Positions 19,883-31,800 of a DNA stretch of 64,000 bases are shown piece after piece. This DNA is from Candidatus Poseidoniia archaeon (GTDB lineage Archaea; Thermoplasmatota; Poseidoniia; MGIII; CG-Epi1): assembly GCA_030748895.1 (NCBI GenBank), contig JASMLC010000006.1, forward strand, positions 15,442-79,441, read 5' to 3'. Numbering within the stretch: the first letter of the stretch is position 1; each line of letters starts with the position of its first letter. Made by a program: the position numbers and the translations under genes. Below the pieces are notes generated by a model. It made no database searches. It was not told the origin of the DNA and was given only the letters and a program-made list of their open reading frames with translations.

Positions 19883-21070
19883 CTAACGCATCGGGGGCGC
19901 GAACTGCAGGCCACCGTTGGCGGCGAGGTCGTTTGCAGTTCCAGCGCGGTCAATCAGACAGTTGTTCATTCCACCGTCGCCGTCACAGAATGACCGGTCG
20001 TACGCTTCGCCGTAGTTACCTACAGCGCCGAGTACAGCTTGCATCCAGGTGTCAGCTAGTGGGTTGGTGGAGGTTCCAAGGCCGAGGTTCTGGTTCAGCA
20101 GCCTGTTGATACCGGGGTCGCCACCGTCGGCGGCGGCCGTGGTAGCCTCAGCTGCGTAGTTGGCGTTGGTAATGCCGAATTCCTCGGCAGTGATCATGCC
20201 GTACCATACCCATGCGACTACGTCATTCCAGTCGTCGTCGTTGTCACGGGTTGCGGCGCCGAGGGGCTCCTTGGAGAGCAGTTCCTTGGCTATCCAAGTT
20301 CCAGCGTAAAGAGCATCCCCTTCAACATACGTGTCCTGGTCGAGAATCCACTTGCGTGCAACCATGGCTGACATGTCGCCGGTGAAGGCGTCACATTCGC
20401 CAGCGACGAATTTCTCCGTTGCTTGTTCAGCGTTCTCGACATTTATGGCCTCGAATGTAATGCCGTTGAATGTGAAGTAGTCTGCCAGGTTCCCCTCAGT
20501 CGTAGTACCAGTTCCGACACAGATTTTTGCTCCGCCAAGGCCAGAAACTGAGTTGCTGGCGTTTGCTGCAGCGAATGAGTTCTCGCTAATCAGGATACCC
20601 TGACCGTCGTAGAAGTTCATTCCGGCGAAGTCCGCGTTCAGGCCCGCATCACGGCTGGTGGTCCAGGTCGTGGTACGAATCAGGACATCGATTTCCTCTG
20701 ATGCTAGTTTCTCGAAGCGGTCCGAGGAACTGGCGGGGACATACGTGATGTCGGTGTCCGGATTGAGTCCGATTGCGGCTGCTACAGCCCGGCAGTACTC
20801 GACATCGAGACCGGACCTCACACCGTCTTCAGACAGGTAACCCATTCCGAACTGGGATTCCTTCACTCCACATTTCATGGATCCGCGTGCGAGGATTGTG
20901 TCAAGCGTGCTGACTGGTGCTGTGTCAGCGACGCCCTTCGCATATCCTTCGTCGTAAGCGGCGTCGACGTCTTCCTGCGTAAGGCCGGAATCGTCGTCAC
21001 CGCCCAGGCAACCCGAGAGGGCCACAGTCGTCAACACCATCATGAGTGTTGCTGCGTAGGCTTGGCGCAT
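19883..21070 (-). CDS. amino-acid ABC transporter substrate-binding protein (AapJ-like), lipoprotein
   Basis: Track ORF to 21082 (GTG). ATG at about 21070 gives MRQAYAATLMMVLTTVALSGCLGGDDD (signal plus lipobox). Type-2 periplasmic binding fold, general L-amino-acid-binding family. Confidence 0.8.
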   Translation of the reverse strand: MRQAYAATLMMVLTTVALSGCLGGDDDSGLTQEDVDAAYDEGYAKGVADTAPVSTLDTILARGSMKCGVKESQFGMGYLSEDGVRSGLDVEYCRAVAAAIGLNPDTDITYVPASSSDRFEKLASEEIDVLIRTTTWTTSRDAGLNADFAGMNFYDGQGILISENSFAAANASNSVSGLGGAKICVGTGTTTEGNLADYFTFNGITFEAINVENAEQATEKFVAGECDAFTGDMSAMVARKWILDQDTYVEGDALYAGTWIAKELLSKEPLGAATRDNDDDWNDVVAWVWYGMITAEEFGITNANYAAEATTAAADGGDPGINRLLNQNLGLGTSTNPLADTWMQAVLGAVGNYGEAYDRSFCDGDGGMNNCLIDRAGTANDLAANGGLQFAPPMR

Positions 21071-21123
21071 ATTTACCCGCACGAGGCGGGTTGTATATAA
21101 CTGTAACTTATAAGGAAAAGGAT

Positions 21124-21161
21124 GACATTCGAAGATATATTAGTGCCAGTACAGCAAACCC
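21124..21161 (-). other. 16S rRNA 3' flanking processing-stem half (pairs with 22663..22700)
   Basis: GACATTCGAAGATAT... is the perfect reverse complement of the 5' flank segment ATATCTTCGAATGTC, with extended imperfect complementarity (GGGTTT.CTG.ACTGG). Expected bulge-helix-bulge processing helix around archaeal 16S. Confidence 0.7.
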
Positions 21162-21169
21162 GTGTTCTT

Positions 21170-22636
<1,467 letters not shown>

Positions 22637-22662
22637 TTTTACACACTTTTCTAGAAATTTTT

Positions 22663-22700
22663 GGGTTTACTGCACTGGTTTCACCATATCTTCGAATGTC
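22663..22700 (-). other. 16S rRNA 5' flanking processing-stem half (pairs with 21124..21161)
   Basis: See 3' flank; inverted repeat bracketing the 16S gene. Confidence 0.7.
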
Positions 22701-22738
22701 AGACGACAGCTCCCGCAGGAGTTATTGCCATCTCCACA

Positions 22739-22746
22739 GATTTATG
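22739..22746 (-). promoter_or_regulatory. candidate TATA box (CATAAAT on minus strand) for the 16S rRNA transcript
   Basis: TATA-like element about 40 nt upstream of the processing stem. A CCGC-TTTTT-GCGG hairpin (22803..22815) between it and the giant-gene stop looks like the terminator of the upstream gene. Confidence 0.35.
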
Positions 22747-22882
22747 CAACAGCGGAAGACATCCATCATTGGAGAATCAGGATTCAGCCGAAACTGCTGC
22801 CACCGCAAAAAGCGGCTGCCCGGTGACGGCAGGGCCGGTCGGGCTCGCGTCCACCCAAGGTGGTGTATTTAAGCCGAATGGC

Positions 22883-25800
22883 TCACTCGTCGAGCTGCAA
22901 TCTGGTCGCACAACCGGTGCAATTTACTATCAACGGACGTTGTGAGCTGGTCACTTTCAGCATAGTACTGCACTTGGGGCACTGCAGAGTTATGGCCGCC
23001 ATGGCTGCGGCGGGACTGGCTGCTGGTGGAAGAATTGCATCCTGCGAACGCTGGTAGACGAACCAGGTTACACCCAGGCCGCCAACGAGCACCAGCCCCA
23101 CCAACACCAGTATCAGCAGCGGGCTGCCCGTATCGCTGCTGCCGCCCGGAGCGACCGCGGCGCTGCTGGCCGCAACGTCAAAGCGCAGGCTGCCACCATT
23201 ATCGAGTAGCGCTGCCGGACCACCCGCCTCCGCCGGCTGGATGTTGGCCAGCTGCACCTCGATAGTCACGTCGCCCGACATACTTCCCGGCACGTTCCAC
23301 ACCAGTTCAGGATACGCCTCACCGTTGGCCACGATATCGAATGTTCCGATGATATCAGAGTGGCCACCATAGACCACACGCACCTGTCCAGTGGCATCAG
23401 TGCCACCGTCATTGTAGATTGCCATCGAGATTGTGGCAACTTCGCCCGCCGTTGGCTTGGCAGGAGATATTGTGAGGCTGCTCTCATCAAGCAGCAATTC
23501 AGGTGGCTCAGCCACCGTCACGGTCGTGGATTCGTCGATGAACTCCAGCGCTTCGGGGTCCCATAGCCCTTGCTCTTCCTCGTTTACGGAATTGATGTTG
23601 AAGACGCGCGCCTGCAGGGTCCAGTCGCCGTAGAGCAGCTGCCCCATTCCTCCTTGCGATTCTGTGAAACGGACCTGAAATTCGAACAGCCGCTGGCCGT
23701 TTCCGAGGAATTCCTGGCCAGCCCAGTATGTCGGGTCGGCGGTGATGACCCGGGTGCCCTTGACCAGTTTGACTTCGACGCTCGTCAGGACATCGAACGA
23801 ACCGACATTCTGTAGAGTCATGCTGAAATCAACCAGCGAACCGTCCGAAATCTGGTCCGGAGTCCAGCTCACCTCGAGCATGGCGAAGCGTGCCAGTATC
23901 TGCACGTCAAGGTCCAGAAAACGCTCGTCGAGCGTCTTGCCAGTTTCGTTGTCGAGCAGCAGCAGATATAGCCTGTCAATTTCTTTCACAACCCAGTCAG
24001 CACTCCACTTTTTGGGAGTATCTACATCAATCTCGAAGCCCAGGTGTTGCATAATGAGCGGGCCATTGGAATCTGACTCGCGCACCCACAGGTCTACCAG
24101 TCCGCTCCGCTCGCCGCGATTGTCTATTTCGACCGAAACCACATTCGAAATCAGTTCAATAGGCGTAGTCACAAGATAGAAACCATCATTGACAATGTAG
24201 ATGTCGGGATTGGTTGCCGGGATGTCGACATTCACCTCACGATACCAGACACTGGCGCTGGCGGTCGAATCACCGGGGAAGGTTTCGATGACCTGCACTA
24301 TGATGGTGTGCTGTCCCTTCGGGATATCGTACCAGGTTGCCTTAGCTGTCCAGTCATCTCCGTCGGCGTAGACGTTGGTCGAGAAGTTGGCGATGCGATG
24401 CTCGAGGTCCTTGACGTCGTACCAGAACGCGACTTGTACGCGGGCGTTCGCGGCGCCGGTATTGCGCAATTTGGCTGTGATTTCGAGGTCTTCGCCCTGG
24501 CGCGGATTGGAGGGTACCAAATGCAGGCTGCGCAGTTCGACATCGCACTCCTCAGTCTCGATGGCGAGGTTATTCACCAACACGCGTCCCTGCGTCTGCG
24601 AACTGACGTAGAGCGTCGCGATTGCCACCTCATCTCCCCGGTTCTGCGCGTTGGTAACGCGTTTGTTGAGCTGGTCGATCAGGTTTTGATTCGTGATGGT
24701 GAGCGTGACCTCATATTCCACTTCCATGTTTGAAAGCCAGATAACACCCTTACTGTCACTGCTCACGGTAATTGGTATCCGGGCCATCTCAACTCCGTAT
24801 TCATCAACAAACGTGTCCGCATTGGCTAAAGCATCAACAAGGGATGCACGGAATGATTTTCCAGCAGCCCCAGGAGATGAGTCGGAATCCCATCGGACGG
24901 GTGAATTATTATTGTTAAATTCACCTGCCCACTGCCATTCGTACTGCCCACTGGAGCCTATATCGATTTTGGGGTTAAGAGGATAGTCACTGCCTTTGGT
25001 AGTTCTGACGAAAATATCGCTGTCATCCTTACCTGCACCATCAATATCTCCATTATCGCGGAAGGCAAGGTACGTTCGTTCACCTATTGCCAGTGCTGGA
25101 GCCTCGTTACCGAATGTGAGTTCGCCCTCTTCATTATCCGAGACGTGCACGAAATCTGACCAGTTCTGCCCCTGATCCATCGAAAATCGCATGTACATAT
25201 CGAATGTAGTGGCTATGTATCCGCCAAATAGAACCATCTTTTCGGCTGTGACATCATATGTCATGTCATGATAGTAACGGGCAATAGGGGTGGTATTAGT
25301 CTCAAGAAGAGCCCAAGAACCAGTTGTTCCATCAAGCACCCAAGTATCATCAGAATAGTATGGGGCACTAAGTTTGTATCCTCCAAAAACAACAATCAAA
25401 TCATTTTCACGATCATGTTTCATTGCGTGGTATCGCAGGGATTCTGGATGGGTAGTAGATTCCACCATGGTCCAGTTGCCCTCCCGGTACCGCCAAGTGC
25501 TTTCATCGTAACCAACTACGTCGATATATCCACCAAACATCATAATATTACCACTGTGATCACCAGCCATTTTGTGATAACTTCGCTTGCCTGGGTTTAT
25601 TGTAGTGTTAATTTCGTTCCATTTCTGAGTTTGAATGTTGAAGGCCCAAGTATCATTGAAACGCTGATAATAGCCTGTTTCGTTCATGCCGTAGCCACCA
25701 TACAGTATGACATCACCCGTAATATTGTCAAAAGCCATGGCGTGCTGGTAACGAGGTGCAGGGCCTCCCGCATCTGGAATCTCTAACCAGAGGTCCCTAT

Positions 25801-28800
25801 CAGCATAGTAAATCCAGGTGTCATTGCGATAAGCGTAAAATCCTGTGTCATTAAGGCCGTACCCACCAAACATTACAATCTGATCGCTATTCCAGTCGTT
25901 GGCCATTGCATGGAAATAACGTGCACTGGGGGTATCCTCACTAAAACTTTCCATCCAATTATTGTTGTTGTAGTAGTAAATCCAGGTCTTGTTGGTATAA
26001 CCTGTGTTAGTTGACCCCCCAAACATCACTGAACTGGTAAAACCAGAAAGTGACACGCCAGTGGCCATTGTGTGATAATAAGTTGGTTCGGGATGGTTGC
26101 TTGGTGTGCGCTCAGTCCAGTTTTGTTCATCAAAATCAAAACCCCACGTATCATCGATACGTCCTGATGCCGGTCTTTCCATCCAGAGCGCATAGAGCAA
26201 TCCGTTTCCAGCCTTGAGACTGGCATAGGTCTGGGCGTTAGACATGTATGGGTCATCATCATCACTTATAACTACGGTAGATTCCCAGGTCGTACCATGG
26301 TCCAGAGAGGCAATCATTACCAGGTCGTAGTCAGCAGTGCCGTCCTTGTCAAAATCACCATAATCTCGCCATGCTACAAAGACACCGGAAGCATCGGCAG
26401 CGAGACAGGGATACATGGAGGATTCTGCAGTTGAATTGGTGATTCTGATGGGCTCGTCCCAATCGTTACCTTGGTTACTGGAACGTGTATAGTGGATTTC
26501 ATAATCAAAACGTTCCCCATCATTATAATATGATTCCCAGGCAATATGAACTTTACCTCCACCTATATCGATTGATGGGCGATAATTACTATCACCATCA
26601 GTTATCCTTTCACCGTAGCCCCAATTTACCCCATAATCGCGTGAAGTACGGACCATTATCTCTGTCCCTTCCCGGTATGCAACGTGAACTCGTGCTCCTT
26701 CAGCAGCGATTACCGGATCATAAGAAAAAGTATCCTCGCGAGTTACTGCTATGGGCTCGCTCCATGACCCCCCCTGGTCGCTGGAATGTGCGAAAGCGAT
26801 GTACCAACCGCCGCCCGTGTCGATCGTACTTGGCACGCTCGCAATCCATATTACATACAGGTGATTACCGGTAGCGACCATTCTTGGCTGATACTGAAAA
26901 TTTCCGTGAGGGTTATAGATTATCTGGTCTCCTTCTTCTGAAATAACACTCGGGTCGCTCCAGGAAGCACCGTTATCATCCGAACGGCGATAAAATATAT
27001 CTCCATCGTCATTGTGAGCATTGTTGCCGTTATCACCTATTTCTCCACCATCCCAATAGATAAGATGCAGATAGTTTTCCGTAGCAGCCAGAGCAGGCAT
27101 GCTTGATTCAATTGATTCATAGTATTGTTCTGAAAGATAGACTGGTTGCGACCAACTTTGTCCCCTATCGCTGCTCTGCGATACAGAAATATCCATATCT
27201 CCACCGGTTCCAGAGGCCGGTTCCCGGTCCCCCCAGGCCATTACCACATCATCACCATCAATGTCTATGCTGGGCCAGTCCCTGGCGACAGAAGCTGCAC
27301 CAGAGTTTGCCTCAACAGGCTCCCCAAAAGAACCTCCACTATTTGTTGATCTTACAACCATAATTCCTGGATCGCCGTCATTCTGTGTCCTTGCCCAAAC
27401 GAGAATCACCTCGCCCTCCGAATCTGCTCTAATCTCGAGTGGATTGTAAGGAAAGGCGTAGAATCCATCATCATTTTCATCCGAAATCAGGTTTATTGCT
27501 CCAAAAGTAAGGCCCCCATTGGATGAACTGCGCATCTGGACTTCATAAGTTCCCCTATTATTAGTGAAATATTCGTACCATCCTACATGAACATAATTAC
27601 TGGCACCCACAGTTGCAACGGCAACCATGGGTCGATAGCCACTATTCTCAGTCCCTGCTTCGTGCATCTGGTAAGGGATGGACCATAATTGGCCATTGTT
27701 AGTAGAACGGCTGTAGGATGTAATGTAACGAGCCAATCCGTCGCTTGTGAAATTATATTCAGTCCATACTGCATGAAGGTTTTCCCCATTTGCTGCGAAA
27801 CGGCATTGGTATGATGTACTGGAACTCGAGGGGGAATTGACTTGCACTGGGTCACTCCAGCTGACACCGCCATCACTGGTGTATCGGTGATAAATATCAT
27901 AGTCAAAACCTGAACCAGACATATTGCCACTATCACTCCACAATAGGTGTAGATTATCACCTTCTTTTACAAGATCATAATCGTATATGTAATTTCCTCC
28001 ATTGGCACGAATAGACTTGAAACTGGACCATGATTCCCCACCATTTACTGAGGTGATCCAGGTCAACTTGTTGGGATATGCGTTGTCTATCCAGCTGAGG
28101 TAGAGCGTACCATCGTCCTCGAATATCCAGGGCATCAGATAGGCTGTTGTAGTACGGCTGAGAAGCTTTGCATTATTCCAGCTTCCATCCGTATAGCTCC
28201 TGAAGATAATGCTGTCATACGTTGTGCTTCGGGTTTCAAGGTCTCCATCATCAAGCCATGCAACAAATATGTCACCGTCTGAATTCCGGGCTACAGCCGG
28301 TGTCTGCGATATGGAGCCGCCATTAGTTTCTGTAGAGGCGAGTTTGTAAGGGTTGAGCTCCCCGGTGCCGTAAGCGTAACCTGTAATGTTCAGGGTGGCT
28401 TCGTGTATAGTTGCGTTGGCAGGAATCAGTATCCCGGCATTGACCTCGTCAGCAGTATGGAACACCGTCGCCTTGCCGGGGCCGCCACTGTCAAAGGTCT
28501 GCTGCATCCCGAGCGCGCCGTATCCCTGCCCGGAATAGCGCCACCTCTCATTACGGACCTGCACCTCGATGTCGGAGGGATACGCCCCGTCAAGCGCTTC
28601 ACCGGTCACTTGCAGCGAGGCAGAGGTGACGGTCGAAGCAGGGAATTCCAGCGTCACCGAGCCGTTGCGGTCCGCTTCGCTGAAGTCGTAAACGACCGAG
28701 TCCAGCTTCTGTTCATACTGAGTGAATTCGCTGGTGGTTTCAGCTCCAGCCAGCAGGGCGAGGTCGGCCCCCAGCAGGCAGAGCACGACGAAGACGGGCA

Positions 28801-28810
28801 GCAGGCGCAT
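22883..28810 (-). CDS. giant cell-surface protein (1975 aa): signal peptide, BNR/Asp-box propeller repeats, Kelch-like repeats, Ig/CARDB-like domains, C-terminal TM helix plus cytoplasmic zinc ribbon
   Basis: MRLLPVFVVLCLLGADLALLAGA signal. At least 10 SxDxGxxW repeats (SVNGGESWS, SDGGVSWSD, SSDRGQSWSQ, SDDNGASWSD, SSDQGGSWSE, SRDYGVNWG, SLDHGTTWES...). Six Kelch-like units (..RY.HAM..D....MFGGYG). C-terminus ...LILVLVGLVLVGGLGVTWFVYQR...CPKCSTML...CTGCATRLQLDE. TTTATA box about 22 nt upstream of ATG (leaderless). Lower GC than core genes. Confidence 0.8.
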   Translation of the reverse strand: MRLLPVFVVLCLLGADLALLAGAETTSEFTQYEQKLDSVVYDFSEADRNGSVTLEFPASTVTSASLQVTGEALDGAYPSDIEVQVRNERWRYSGQGYGALGMQQTFDSGGPGKATVFHTADEVNAGILIPANATIHEATLNITGYAYGTGELNPYKLASTETNGGSISQTPAVARNSDGDIFVAWLDDGDLETRSTTYDSIIFRSYTDGSWNNAKLLSRTTTAYLMPWIFEDDGTLYLSWIDNAYPNKLTWITSVNGGESWSSFKSIRANGGNYIYDYDLVKEGDNLHLLWSDSGNMSGSGFDYDIYHRYTSDGGVSWSDPVQVNSPSSSSTSYQCRFAANGENLHAVWTEYNFTSDGLARYITSYSRSTNNGQLWSIPYQMHEAGTENSGYRPMVAVATVGASNYVHVGWYEYFTNNRGTYEVQMRSSSNGGLTFGAINLISDENDDGFYAFPYNPLEIRADSEGEVILVWARTQNDGDPGIMVVRSTNSGGSFGEPVEANSGAASVARDWPSIDIDGDDVVMAWGDREPASGTGGDMDISVSQSSDRGQSWSQPVYLSEQYYESIESSMPALAATENYLHLIYWDGGEIGDNGNNAHNDDGDIFYRRSDDNGASWSDPSVISEEGDQIIYNPHGNFQYQPRMVATGNHLYVIWIASVPSTIDTGGGWYIAFAHSSDQGGSWSEPIAVTREDTFSYDPVIAAEGARVHVAYREGTEIMVRTSRDYGVNWGYGERITDGDSNYRPSIDIGGGKVHIAWESYYNDGERFDYEIHYTRSSNQGNDWDEPIRITNSTAESSMYPCLAADASGVFVAWRDYGDFDKDGTADYDLVMIASLDHGTTWESTVVISDDDDPYMSNAQTYASLKAGNGLLYALWMERPASGRIDDTWGFDFDEQNWTERTPSNHPEPTYYHTMATGVSLSGFTSSVMFGGSTNTGYTNKTWIYYYNNNNWMESFSEDTPSARYFHAMANDWNSDQIVMFGGYGLNDTGFYAYRNDTWIYYADRDLWLEIPDAGGPAPRYQHAMAFDNITGDVILYGGYGMNETGYYQRFNDTWAFNIQTQKWNEINTTINPGKRSYHKMAGDHSGNIMMFGGYIDVVGYDESTWRYREGNWTMVESTTHPESLRYHAMKHDRENDLIVVFGGYKLSAPYYSDDTWVLDGTTGSWALLETNTTPIARYYHDMTYDVTAEKMVLFGGYIATTFDMYMRFSMDQGQNWSDFVHVSDNEEGELTFGNEAPALAIGERTYLAFRDNGDIDGAGKDDSDIFVRTTKGSDYPLNPKIDIGSSGQYEWQWAGEFNNNNSPVRWDSDSSPGAAGKSFRASLVDALANADTFVDEYGVEMARIPITVSSDSKGVIWLSNMEVEYEVTLTITNQNLIDQLNKRVTNAQNRGDEVAIATLYVSSQTQGRVLVNNLAIETEECDVELRSLHLVPSNPRQGEDLEITAKLRNTGAANARVQVAFWYDVKDLEHRIANFSTNVYADGDDWTAKATWYDIPKGQHTIIVQVIETFPGDSTASASVWYREVNVDIPATNPDIYIVNDGFYLVTTPIELISNVVSVEIDNRGERSGLVDLWVRESDSNGPLIMQHLGFEIDVDTPKKWSADWVVKEIDRLYLLLLDNETGKTLDERFLDLDVQILARFAMLEVSWTPDQISDGSLVDFSMTLQNVGSFDVLTSVEVKLVKGTRVITADPTYWAGQEFLGNGQRLFEFQVRFTESQGGMGQLLYGDWTLQARVFNINSVNEEEQGLWDPEALEFIDESTTVTVAEPPELLLDESSLTISPAKPTAGEVATISMAIYNDGGTDATGQVRVVYGGHSDIIGTFDIVANGEAYPELVWNVPGSMSGDVTIEVQLANIQPAEAGGPAALLDNGGSLRFDVAASSAAVAPGGSSDTGSPLLILVLVGLVLVGGLGVTWFVYQRSQDAILPPAASPAAAMAAITLQCPKCSTMLKVTSSQRPLIVNCTGCATRLQLDE

Positions 28811-28850
28811 GGGCTGCCGAAAGTAGGCTGCTATAAATGAGTACGGATAA

Positions 28851-31800
28851 TCACTCCAGCTTCAGATGGGTCTGGCAGCCCGGACACGCCACGGTCAGCG
28901 GCCGACGCGTGTCTGCAATTTTCAGCTGCGTCTGGCAGCCGGGGCACTGGATGGTTACTGCGGCGGCCGCGGCTGGCGCTACCGGGGCGGCTTGAGGCGC
29001 AGGTTGGGGAGCCGCCGGTGCGGCCGGAGGTGGTGGGGGCGCGGAGGCGACGGGCGGCGCTGCCGGAGCGGGCTCGCCGAGCGCATCTTCCTCGTCAGCA
29101 GGCTGGTCGCCCCCCGTGCGCTGGAAGTAGAAGAAAATTCCGCCCAGCCCAACCAGTAGCATGGCGAAAACCAGCAGGAAAAACGTCAGATTGCCGAGGT
29201 CACCCTCGCCTTCGCTGCCACCACCGGGCTGGGTCACCTTGCCTTTGATGTCGAGCGTGGTGGAAGCGCTGTTATCCTCGGTGCTGGCGCCCTCCATTTC
29301 AGCCGGTGTGATTGATACCAGTTCGGCCTCGAACGGTGTTTCGCCGTCGATATTCGGGCCGACAATCCATTCAATCGTAACATCAGTATCGGCAAAGTCG
29401 CCCGCAACGCTGAACGGAGCGGACTCGATGATGGTGCCGGAGCGAACGAGGTTCACGACGCCGCTTGCGGGCGAATCTCCGCTATTGAGCACCGTGATGG
29501 TGAAGGTGACGGTATCGCCAAAGCTGGGTGTGGAAGGCGAAGCGGTGAATGAGTTAATCGAGAGGTCAGGCGGCTCCGCGACGTTCAGCGTGTAGCTGGT
29601 GTCGATGAAGTGCATTTCTTCCGGGTCCCAGAGGCCTTCGTCAGTGCTATGCTCGGGGCGAACTTCCTTAACGTTCACCTCCAGCGTCCACTGGCCGGTA
29701 AAACCAGAATATTTCGAGGCGTCAAACTCGAAGAGCGGCAGGTTGCCATCCTGCGTCAGGAGCTGGCTCTGCCCGGCGGGGAAAAGCACGTTGGGGAAAT
29801 AATTCGGTGCAACATCCTCCAGCCGGTTGTTGCCGCGCGTCAACGAAATCTCGATGTCGGCCCTGGCATCAAAAGAGCCGCTGTTCTGGATCATAATCTG
29901 CGCATATGCCTCCACACCGTCGGTAAAGATGGTGATCAGGTTCTCGTCGGCGTCCTGCCACTCCACAGAGATGACGTTGAAGTCTACCAGTGTCTGCACC
30001 GAGGGAATCATAAACTCCCGCACATACACGGTGCCGTCGTCGTGGTCAACAACCAGTAACAGTAACTCCTCAACGTCCTTGTCAGCGACCCAGTCAGCAC
30101 TGCGCTGCTTGGTCTCGTCCTCATTAATCTGCACGCCCAGCTCGGAAAGAACGGCAAAGCCGTCCTCATCATCCTCGTATACGTAGATGTCGACTGTCCC
30201 GTACCGGTCGCCGCTATTGTAGAGCTCGACAAGCAGTTCGGTCTCCTCGCCATCAATGGCAGTATCATCAAGCCGGAACGTTTCGACATCGAATGCCGGA
30301 GAAGTTGCCTGGAATTCGTAGTACTGCCGCCAGGTGTTGCCGGCCGTGTCGCTGTCGTCTGGCACCGAGTCGACGATGCTGACAATCAGCTCGTGGCTGC
30401 CGGCGGGCGGGTCCTGCCAGATGGCTGAGACCTGAACATTGCCGCCGGACGGCACGGTTACCGACGACACGTTTCCGAGCTGATTAGACAGAGAAACCTC
30501 ATCATACCAGAAAGCAATCTGGGCAGATACATCTCCGTCCCCATCATTCGAAATAGTCGCGGTAATCGTCAAATCATGGCCTTGGCGCGGAGGGTCGTCA
30601 CTAAGTTGGACCGAATCGATTTCAAGTTCAGCATTGGTCGTTCGGAGATTGAGCTCCTTCAGGACTACGCGCCCCTGCGTGCCGGCGGTTACCGAGATAG
30701 CGGTCTCAACAGTCTCGTCATCCTCGTCAGCATTATTGACCAGTGAGTTGAGCCGGCTCAACAGGGTGGCGCTGCCGAAGACGAGGTCGACGTCGTATTC
30801 CACCGAGAGCGAGTTGAGCCGTACTACTCCTTCGCCATCACTGTGCAACTGTAGCTCAAGCCGTGCCATTTCGACTCCGTACTGGTCCACTTCCGTCTCA
30901 GCTTCTGCCAGAGCGTCGTTAAGTGCGTCCACGAGCGATTTCTGGGCGCCAGGTGAACCACTGTCGCTCCATGTCACTGGCGAATTGTCATCATTCAGCT
31001 CACCACCCCATTGCCAGTCATTACTTCCGTCGCCATCCATATCAATTGAGGGATTGTCGGGATACTCCTCACCCAGAGTTGTGCGCAGGAAAATGTCTGA
31101 ATCATCTGCCCCGGCGCTCGCAATATTTCTTCCATCGGCCCACGCGAAATAGGCACGATTTCCTATCGCTGTGGCAGGCGCCATGTAGTTGTAGCTGGAC
31201 TGGCTGTCACCATTGTATTCTGAAATGGGGAGTATATCCGACCAACTCTCTCCGTCATCCTGAGTAAAACGGAAAAAGTGCTGCCACTCGGTAGTACTGC
31301 CATCGGTCAGGTCCTGCCACGCGACATAAGTGATTCCGTTGCCTGTGACAAGGGCGGGAAAGGTGTAGTAGAAATAGGCGGTGGAATCATCACTGACAAC
31401 AAATGCTTTGTCCCAGGTTACGCCACCATCCTTGGAATGCTTGACAATCACATCGTAATCAGCTACGGCATCACCATCGTAGTCACCATACTCGCGCCAA
31501 GCCACGAACAAACTGTCGTCCTGGCCGCTAACAGAAGGTGAAAGTGATGTAGTGGACGACTCCTCTGTGTCGATTGTCTGGGGCTCGCTCCAGGTCGCAC
31601 CATTATCGTCACTGTTACTGTAAAGAATAGTGTACTGGTTAGTGTTAGTCCAAACCAGCTGGATTTTTCCTCCAGCAAGCGCCATCCAAGGCTGGTCATC
31701 CCAGTCCCCATTATCCGCAGGAACGACTATGTCATCCCAGTTTTGGCCGTAATCGGCAGAATGCCGGAAGGCGATATCATAATCATTCCCACTGCTGTCA

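Noticed and set aside
22866-22873. TTAAATA box 10 nt downstream of the giant-gene stop, as a possible second 16S promoter
   Set aside because: It lies upstream of the CCGC-U5-GCGG terminator-like hairpin. A promoter there would be terminated before reaching the 16S. The CATAAAT box at about 22739 is better placed.
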